The notes under the pieces are model-generated. The model did no database searches and had not been told where the DNA came from. It was given only the letters and a program-made list of their open reading frames with translations. A stretch of 64,000 bases of DNA from Negativicutes bacterium (GTDB lineage Bacteria > Bacillota > Negativicutes > UBA1444): the NCBI GenBank assembly GCA_963665275.2, contig CAXXIN010000012.1, positions 84,330-148,329 of the forward strand, given 5' to 3'. The position numbers and the translations under genes were made by a program. This document shows positions 58,323-64,000 of the stretch, one piece after another. Position 1 is the stretch's first letter, and the number at the start of each line of letters is the position of its first letter.

Positions 58323-59921
58323 TTATTTTCCCCCTTTTCGCAGTATCCGTCCGCGGAGCGCGCCGGTTTCAGTTCCTTTGGCCACCGCCGCCACACCATT
58401 GACGAACACGTATTCGATTCCTTCCGGATGATGGCAGGGATCGACGAAGGAGTTACCTTCCGAAATCTGCGCCGCGTCAAACAAAACCAAATCGGCTTTG
58501 GCGCCGAGTGCGATGAACCCGCGATCCGTCAGTCCCAGGCGGCGCGCCGGACGACCTGTCATTCGGGCGACTGCCTGTTCCAAAGACAGCACCTTCTCTT
58601 CCCTGACATATTTCGCCAGAATACGGGCTGTGGAGGCATAGGCCCGCGGATGCGGCTTGCCCAGCAGTAGTCCGTCCGTCCCCAACATGCCCCGTTCGTG
58701 TTTCAAAATGTTGGCGACATCAGCCTCCGACATACTGAAGTTCACCATGGAAACCTGCAGCTTCTCCTGCAGCAATAGTTCGAACACCACTTCCTGCGGC
58801 GAGGTCCCCCACGCGGCGCCAATATCAGTCAGAGACTTCCCTTCCCACCTTTGGTTCGGTCCGCCGGCAATCCCGGTCACGAATACGCCGTCCCAACCGG
58901 CCGCCGTAGCGATATTCTCCCAGTCCGGCAATCCTTCCCGCATTTCCTGCGCCAACCGTTCACGCATGGCGGGATCCCGCAGACGCTCCAGCAGGCGTTC
59001 CGAACCTCCTGCATGGGCATGCGGCGGGATCAAGATGCTCAGCATGGTGCTCCCTGCAGGATATGGATATTGATCGAACGACGCGTCGAGTCCTTCGGCG
59101 ACTGCCGCGTCAAAAAGCGCCAGCAGGCGGTCTGATGTGCCCCAATTTTCCTTGCCGATGACTTTGAGATGAGAGATATGCGGAATCACGCCGGTCTTAC
59201 GGGCCAAGTCAAAGATTTCCCCGATGGACTCCACCACCAGTCCCCGCTCATTCCGAACATGAACAACGAAGATTCCGGCGGCTTTCGCCGTTTCGGCCGT
59301 CAACGCCGTCAACTCGGCCGTGTCGGCGAACAGACAGGGTGGATAGATAAGCCCCGTAGACAAACCGAAAGCACCGGCGGCAAAACTATCCGCCGCCAAT
59401 TCGCACATTCGGGAGATCTCCGCCGACGTCGCCGGCCGTTCTTCCATACCGGACACAGCCAGGCGCAAGGGTCCATGACTCAGCAGCACTGCCAGGTTGG
59501 TCGCCGTACCGCAGGATTCCAGCTGTCGAAGATAATCTGCAAAACTACGCCAGGACCAGTCCAAATCCGGATCGCCCAGCAAGCCGGAGACATGGCGGCG
59601 ATAAGGGTCTATTTGTCCTTCGGTCAGCGGCGCTAACCCCAACCCATCTTGTCCGAGCAGTTCCGTTGTTATGCCCTGGCGGATTTTGGGTGAAGCTTCG
59701 GGCTTCACCATCTGCAATAAATCTGAATGACTGTGCATGTCGATGAATCCAGGCGCCAGCGTCAATCCCCTGGCATCGATGATTTCGGTGAAGCTCCCGG
59801 ACGCAGCCGGAATCCGGCCTATTTCAGCAATAAAGTCGCCGATGATCGCAACATCGGCGACAAAAGATCTTTTACCGGTTCCGTCCGCAATGGACGCCCC
59901 TTGAATCAATATCTTTGCCAT
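58323..59921 (-). CDS. N-acyl-D-amino-acid deacylase (D-aminoacylase) family amidohydrolase
   Basis: PGFIDMHSHSD, STGLIYPP, HVRNE, HISHLK, DQYPY, HPRAY. Confidence 0.9.
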   Translation of the reverse strand: MAKILIQGASIADGTGKRSFVADVAIIGDFIAEIGRIPAASGSFTEIIDARGLTLAPGFIDMHSHSDLLQMVKPEASPKIRQGITTELLGQDGLGLAPLTEGQIDPYRRHVSGLLGDPDLDWSWRSFADYLRQLESCGTATNLAVLLSHGPLRLAVSGMEERPATSAEISRMCELAADSFAAGAFGLSTGLIYPPCLFADTAELTALTAETAKAAGIFVVHVRNERGLVVESIGEIFDLARKTGVIPHISHLKVIGKENWGTSDRLLALFDAAVAEGLDASFDQYPYPAGSTMLSILIPPHAHAGGSERLLERLRDPAMRERLAQEMREGLPDWENIATAAGWDGVFVTGIAGGPNQRWEGKSLTDIGAAWGTSPQEVVFELLLQEKLQVSMVNFSMSEADVANILKHERGMLGTDGLLLGKPHPRAYASTARILAKYVREEKVLSLEQAVARMTGRPARRLGLTDRGFIALGAKADLVLFDAAQISEGNSFVDPCHHPEGIEYVFVNGVAAVAKGTETGALRGRILRKGGK

Positions 59922-59925
59922 CTGT

Positions 59926-61173
59926 TCACCCGCCTATTTCTGCTTTGACGGCTGCCAGCTTCGGTTCGATGTAGGTCGGAGCGCCGGCTGCCTTGATGGC
60001 CGATTGGATATCTTTCAATCCGTTGCCGGTGATCAGTAGCGCCACCGTTTCCTCCGCACCAATGATTCCCTGTTTAACAGCCTTTTTCACACCAGCCACG
60101 CCAGCCACACCCGCTGGTTCACCGAACACCGCCGCCTTGCGGGCCAGCGTCCGGATCGACCAGAGGATCTCTTCATCCGTCACACTGATAAACGCGCCAC
60201 CTGACTCGACGATTGCCTTCATCCCTTTCTGGAAATTGCGGGGATGCCCGACCGCGATGGAGTCGGCGATTGTATCGGCATCCGTCGGCTGCAGGGGTGT
60301 ATTATTTTCCCACGCAGTCAAGAATGGTTTACATCCTTCCGCCTGAACTCCCAGAACCTTCGGCAAACGCGGTAGGAAGCCCAGTTTGTGCATCTCCACG
60401 AGGCCTTTCCAGACTCCACCCACGGTGCAGCCGTCACCGACCGACACCACGACCCAGTCTGGCATGACTCCATTATACTGCAGCAACAGTTGATCCACCA
60501 ACTCGATGGCAACCGTCTTTTTCCCTTCGATCAGATAGGGATTGATGGCGCAGTTGCGATTGTACCAGCCGAACTCGGCCGCCGCCTCCATGCAGAGTTC
60601 CCACGCCTGGTCATACGTGCCTTTAACAGCGAAAACACGCGCGCCAAAAACCAGCAGTTGCGCCACTTTTGCCTGCGGCGCCCGTTCCGGCACGAAAATC
60701 GTCGCCGGCAATCCAGCTGCAGCCGCGAACCCCGCCAACGAGGATGCCGCGTTGCCTGTGGATGCGCAGGTAATACTGGTTGCTCCCTTTTCCAGAGCCT
60801 TGACGACACCCATGGCGCTGGCGCGGTCTTTGAACGAGGCCGTCGGATTGCGCCCCTCATCTTTTACGAACAGACGCGCCACCCCGAGTTCCGTTGCCAG
60901 AAGTTCAGCATCGTATAGTGGCGTCCAACCGACCTGCAGGTGCTGAATCTTCGAAGTATCCTCCACCGGCAGCAGCGGCAGATAGCGCCACATCGAAAAA
61001 ACGCCGCTTTCTTTCAGCGTCGCTGCGTTCATCACTGTAGACACGGCGTCATAATCATATTCAACATCCAGAATTCCGTCTTCATAGCCGCAATCCGGGC
61101 AATAATAGTCCACATCTTTCGCAGCGTAATGCTTCCCGCAGTGAATGCAGCGAAGCCCTGTCACAAAACTCAA
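59926..61173 (-). CDS. threonine synthase-like PLP enzyme
   Basis: N-terminal CxxC...CxxC; NPTASFKDR, ASTGNA, EGKKT, GEPA, ITGNGLKD. Confidence 0.88.
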   Translation of the reverse strand: MSFVTGLRCIHCGKHYAAKDVDYYCPDCGYEDGILDVEYDYDAVSTVMNAATLKESGVFSMWRYLPLLPVEDTSKIQHLQVGWTPLYDAELLATELGVARLFVKDEGRNPTASFKDRASAMGVVKALEKGATSITCASTGNAASSLAGFAAAAGLPATIFVPERAPQAKVAQLLVFGARVFAVKGTYDQAWELCMEAAAEFGWYNRNCAINPYLIEGKKTVAIELVDQLLLQYNGVMPDWVVVSVGDGCTVGGVWKGLVEMHKLGFLPRLPKVLGVQAEGCKPFLTAWENNTPLQPTDADTIADSIAVGHPRNFQKGMKAIVESGGAFISVTDEEILWSIRTLARKAAVFGEPAGVAGVAGVKKAVKQGIIGAEETVALLITGNGLKDIQSAIKAAGAPTYIEPKLAAVKAEIGG

Positions 61174-61193
61174 ACCGCCACCCCTTTCCTTCG

Positions 61194-61925
61194 TTAGTGC
61201 CGAATCCGTTTTAAAAACAGCTGAGTGCGCTCCTGCTCAGGAGACTCGAAGATTTGCGCCGGCGTTCCCGCCTCGACGATCAATCCCTGGTCCATGAAGA
61301 TGACCCGGTCGGCCACTTCACGGGCAAACGCCATCTCGTGGGTCACGACCACCATTGTCATGCCTTCCTGAGCCAAGTTCTTCATAACCACCAGGACTTC
61401 ACCCACCAGTTCGGGATCCAACGCGGAAGTGGGCTCATCAAACAGCATGATTTTCGGATTCATCGCCAAGGCCCGGGCTATCGCAACCCGCTGCTGCTGG
61501 CCGCCGGAGAGCTCCCGCGGATAACTGTCCCGTTTATCCGCCAGCCCGACCCGGTCCAATAAATCTTCTGCTATTCTTTCGGCATCTGGTCGCAACATTC
61601 CTTTCACGATCATCGGCGCTTCAATGATGTTTTCAAGAACCGTTTTGTGCGGAAATAGGTTGAACCGTTGAAACACCATGCCGATATGTGTCCGCAAAGC
61701 GCAAAGGTCAGCTTTGGCATCAACTTCCTGCCCCTCAAAGAATATTTGGCCACCCTGGATCGTCTCGAGGCGGTTGATGCAGCGCAGCACCGTACTCTTG
61801 CCGGAGCCGCTCGGCCCGATAATGACGACCTTTTCTCCTTCTGCCAGCTGCAGGTTGAAATCCTTCAACACCTCCAGCGTTCCGAAGGATTTATAGACAT
61901 TCTTCATCTCCACGATGCAGCTCAT
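61194..61925 (-). CDS. polar amino acid ABC transporter ATP-binding protein
   Basis: [43 protein letters not shown]. Confidence 0.95.
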   Translation of the reverse strand: MSCIVEMKNVYKSFGTLEVLKDFNLQLAEGEKVVIIGPSGSGKSTVLRCINRLETIQGGQIFFEGQEVDAKADLCALRTHIGMVFQRFNLFPHKTVLENIIEAPMIVKGMLRPDAERIAEDLLDRVGLADKRDSYPRELSGGQQQRVAIARALAMNPKIMLFDEPTSALDPELVGEVLVVMKNLAQEGMTMVVVTHEMAFAREVADRVIFMDQGLIVEAGTPAQIFESPEQERTQLFLKRIRH

Positions 61926-62575
61926 TGTCTCGCCATCTTCCTTTCCAGCCTGTCGGCGATTACCATGAACACGGAGTTCATGAGCAGATAGAGAACCGCC
62001 ACCGCCGTATAAACCTCAAAACTGCGGAACGTTGTATAAATAATCTGCTCGCCGGTCCGGAACAGCTCAGTAATTGTTACCAACGAAGCAATGGATGAAT
62101 TTTTCAAAGTCATGATGAATTGATTTACAAGTGGAGGAATACAAATCTTGGCTGCTTGCGGTCCAATGATTCGCGTCATGGCTTGCCTGTAATTCATGCC
62201 AACAGATATGGCTGCCTCCATCTGTCCCTTATCCACCGCCTGAATTCCGCCCCGAATGATCTCTGTGATATAGGCGCCGGTGTTGATCGCAAGTCCCAAC
62301 ACACCTGCCACCATGCTCGGCAACTTGATGCCCAGCTGCGGCAACCCGAAGTACAGGATAAACAATTGAACCATGACGGGGGTTCCCCGGATCACCCACA
62401 CATACATAAACGCGACCTTGTTCAAAACCCTGTTGGAAGAAATTCGGCACAGCGCACCCGCTATGCCGAACACCATTCCCAACAGAAGCGCGAAGAAGGA
62501 GATTTGAAGGGTGACCCAGCACCCTTCAAGCAATATGGGAATCTTAGTGATGACAATCGAATAATCGAGATTCAT
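61922..62575 (-). CDS. polar amino acid ABC transporter permease
   Basis: [22 protein letters not shown]. Confidence 0.95.
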   Translation of the reverse strand: MNLDYSIVITKIPILLEGCWVTLQISFFALLLGMVFGIAGALCRISSNRVLNKVAFMYVWVIRGTPVMVQLFILYFGLPQLGIKLPSMVAGVLGLAINTGAYITEIIRGGIQAVDKGQMEAAISVGMNYRQAMTRIIGPQAAKICIPPLVNQFIMTLKNSSIASLVTITELFRTGEQIIYTTFRSFEVYTAVAVLYLLMNSVFMVIADRLERKMARQ

Positions 62576-62599
62576 ACTACTGCCCTCTCCCGCCTGTAG

Positions 62600-63433
62600 T
62601 TATTTTGTGCCGATCAACCACTTCTTATACATTTTTTCCGCTTCGCCGTTTTGTTTCAGCTCTTTCAGCACAGTATTCACCAGATCTACGAGTTCCTTAT
62701 CGCCTTTTTTCACTGCGATGCCGAGCTGCGCCTTGGTGAATGGGTCGCCGACGATTTTGACAGTCGGGTTGACTTTGTTATATTCCAGCTGGTTGAGCAG
62801 ATCGTTGATGGCTGCGTCCAGACGGCCGTTTTGCAGATCCAGCAGGTAGTCGACCGTTTCCTTGTAGCTCTTGATGGTGATCTTGGCGCCTTTTTCGTTC
62901 ATATCCTGGGCGACTTTTTCACTGGTGGCGCCGGTTTTAACGCCAACTACCTTACCGTTCAGATCGTTCGGACCTTTGATGGCGGTGTCGTCTTTGCGCA
63001 CCGCGACAACCATGCCGGTATCCATGTAAGGGTCGGCGAAGTCAACTACTTCCTTGCGCGCCGGTGTGATGTACATTGCAGCGATGACCAGATCGGCCTG
63101 TCCGTTCTGCAAGGAGGGGATCAGACCAGTGAACTGCATTTCCGTCACTTCCAAGGGAACACCGATTTTCTTCGCGATAGCTTCTGCCACGTCAATGTCA
63201 TAGCCAATAATCTTGTTGGTTTTTTCATCATGATATTCGAATGGGCGGTAGTTGCCTGTGGCCAAAATCAGTTTCCCATTCTTTTTGATCTGGTCGATCC
63301 GACTCACCGCAGCAGGCTTGGCTTCCGGTTTAGCATCCGACTTCGCCGGAGTTCCGCCGCATCCTGCCGCAGCCAACGCCAGCACCAGCAGACCGAGCAA
63401 CAACACCAAAGATTTCTTCAGGTTTTTCATCAC
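62600..63433 (-). CDS. polar amino acid ABC transporter substrate-binding lipoprotein
   Basis: Lipobox AAGC; YRPFE, GYDID, ITPARKEVVDFADPY. Confidence 0.93.
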   Translation of the reverse strand: MMKNLKKSLVLLLGLLVLALAAAGCGGTPAKSDAKPEAKPAAVSRIDQIKKNGKLILATGNYRPFEYHDEKTNKIIGYDIDVAEAIAKKIGVPLEVTEMQFTGLIPSLQNGQADLVIAAMYITPARKEVVDFADPYMDTGMVVAVRKDDTAIKGPNDLNGKVVGVKTGATSEKVAQDMNEKGAKITIKSYKETVDYLLDLQNGRLDAAINDLLNQLEYNKVNPTVKIVGDPFTKAQLGIAVKKGDKELVDLVNTVLKELKQNGEAEKMYKKWLIGTK

Positions 63434-63462
63434 AACTTCCCTCTTTCACATCTTAATTTTAT

Positions 63463-63525
63463 AAATAAAAAGAGGCCTACTCATCCACAAGGGAAGAATA
63501 GGCCTCTTTGCCATTCGTTCTTCGA
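63463..63525 (-). promoter_or_regulatory. leader terminator overlapped by an ANTAR-like hairpin
   Basis: GGC-AAAGAG-GCC (63512-63501) overlaps the terminator AAAGAGGCCTATTC...GAGTAGGCCTCTTTTTATTT, just upstream of the RBS. Confidence 0.58.
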
Positions 63526-63589
63526 GCATTTTATGATTTTTTACTGAAATCGCACTATTTTTTCCACATTATTTCGCTTTATGTTAGAA

Positions 63590-63618
63590 AATTTACCACA
63601 TACCCTACAAAAAAGCAA
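63590..63618 (-). promoter_or_regulatory. putative sigmaA promoter of the amino-acid ABC operon
   Basis: TTGCTT-17 nt-TAAATT with an extended TGn motif. Confidence 0.5.
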
Positions 63619-63651
63619 GGCTTTTTTATTCACAAGGCCTAAAATCCATTT

Positions 63652-63981
63652 TTAAGCCGGCGGTAAAAACATCACCAGCCAGATGCAGGGGGGCGCACTC
63701 GAAGTACGCTCCACCCGATGTTTTTTGTGAGCCGGAATCAGAATCCAATCCCCTGCCGCCAGTTCTGTGATGGCGCCATCATCCCACTGCAAAGCGGCAC
63801 TCCCCTGCAACACCGACACCCATTCATCCTCGGTCTGGTCATACCAAAAATCAGCTGGCGAAACCTGCCCCGTTGAAAGAATTCTCTCTATCCGCACTCC
63901 ACCTCGCCGGAACAGAGTATCGGTTACTTCCGCAGTCCCTGGAGCTTCGGGCCATTGCAGCAGGTTCGCAGTCACTGTCAT
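63652..63981 (-). CDS. cupin domain protein
   Basis: RIERILSTGQ.SP, WYDQ.EDEWV.VLQG, IPAHKKHRVE. Confidence 0.88.
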   Translation of the reverse strand: MTVTANLLQWPEAPGTAEVTDTLFRRGGVRIERILSTGQVSPADFWYDQTEDEWVSVLQGSAALQWDDGAITELAAGDWILIPAHKKHRVERTSSAPPCIWLVMFLPPA

Positions 63982-64000
63982 TTTTCCACAGGTCCTTTCC

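Noticed and set aside
63481-63634. Scattered DnaA-like 9-mers (TCATCCACA, TTTTCCACA, TTATTCACA)
   Set aside because: Irregular spacing in AT-rich DNA, mostly mismatched, and one lies in a terminator loop; could be chance.
1-64000. CRISPR arrays, tRNA/rRNA genes, transposases, integrases, defence systems
   Set aside because: None seen: intergenic gaps are short and lack regular repeats, no such protein motifs appear in the ORF track, and the SNF2 gene has no defence-type neighbours.

Overview
A gene-dense 64 kb chromosomal segment. Gene content suggests an anaerobic Firmicute, probably Negativicutes/Sporomusaceae-like (inference only). Most genes are on the minus strand. I found no rRNA, tRNA, CRISPR array, IS element or prophage. 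In order, the window holds: (1) an UrtABCDE-type ABC transporter, amidase, small GatC/AtzG-like ORF and M20 hydrolase, behind an ANTAR-type attenuator; (2) a frameshifted hypothetical gene and a GlnR-like MerR regulator with three phased TGTNA-N7-TNACA boxes facing a CMD/beta-propeller pair; (3) the best candidate for an undescribed system, a ~17.6 kb co-oriented cluster (10122-27726) that joins small-molecule biosynthesis genes (2 FabH, 2 ACP, a GNAT-like/adenylate-forming fusion, further GNAT-like proteins, a Mo-hydroxylase, a PLP aminotransferase, a MATE exporter) to a partner-switching module with no sigma factor (orphan NMT1/THI5 binding protein, Cache-HAMP-PP2C, RsbW-like kinase, STAS protein, pseudokinase-GNAT fusion); (4) a dicarboxylate locus (DASS transporter, two-subunit fumarase, LysR, LeuCD-like hydratase, LarA-family racemase, sigma54 activator); (5) tcdA, a DMT transporter, pheA and a lipase; (6) an ErcA-like Fe-ADH coupled to a PAS-GGDEF-HD-GYP protein; (7) an ApbE/ferric-reductase/two-component module; (8) a SWIM-SNF2 helicase preceded by a DnaA-box cluster; (9) ptsG-ptsH-ptsI; (10) an amino-acid ABC transporter with PLP and amidohydrolase catabolic genes, behind a second ANTAR-like leader. 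All product calls come from motifs read by eye; no database search was run. Several start codons were moved downstream of the ORF-track starts based on RBS position.
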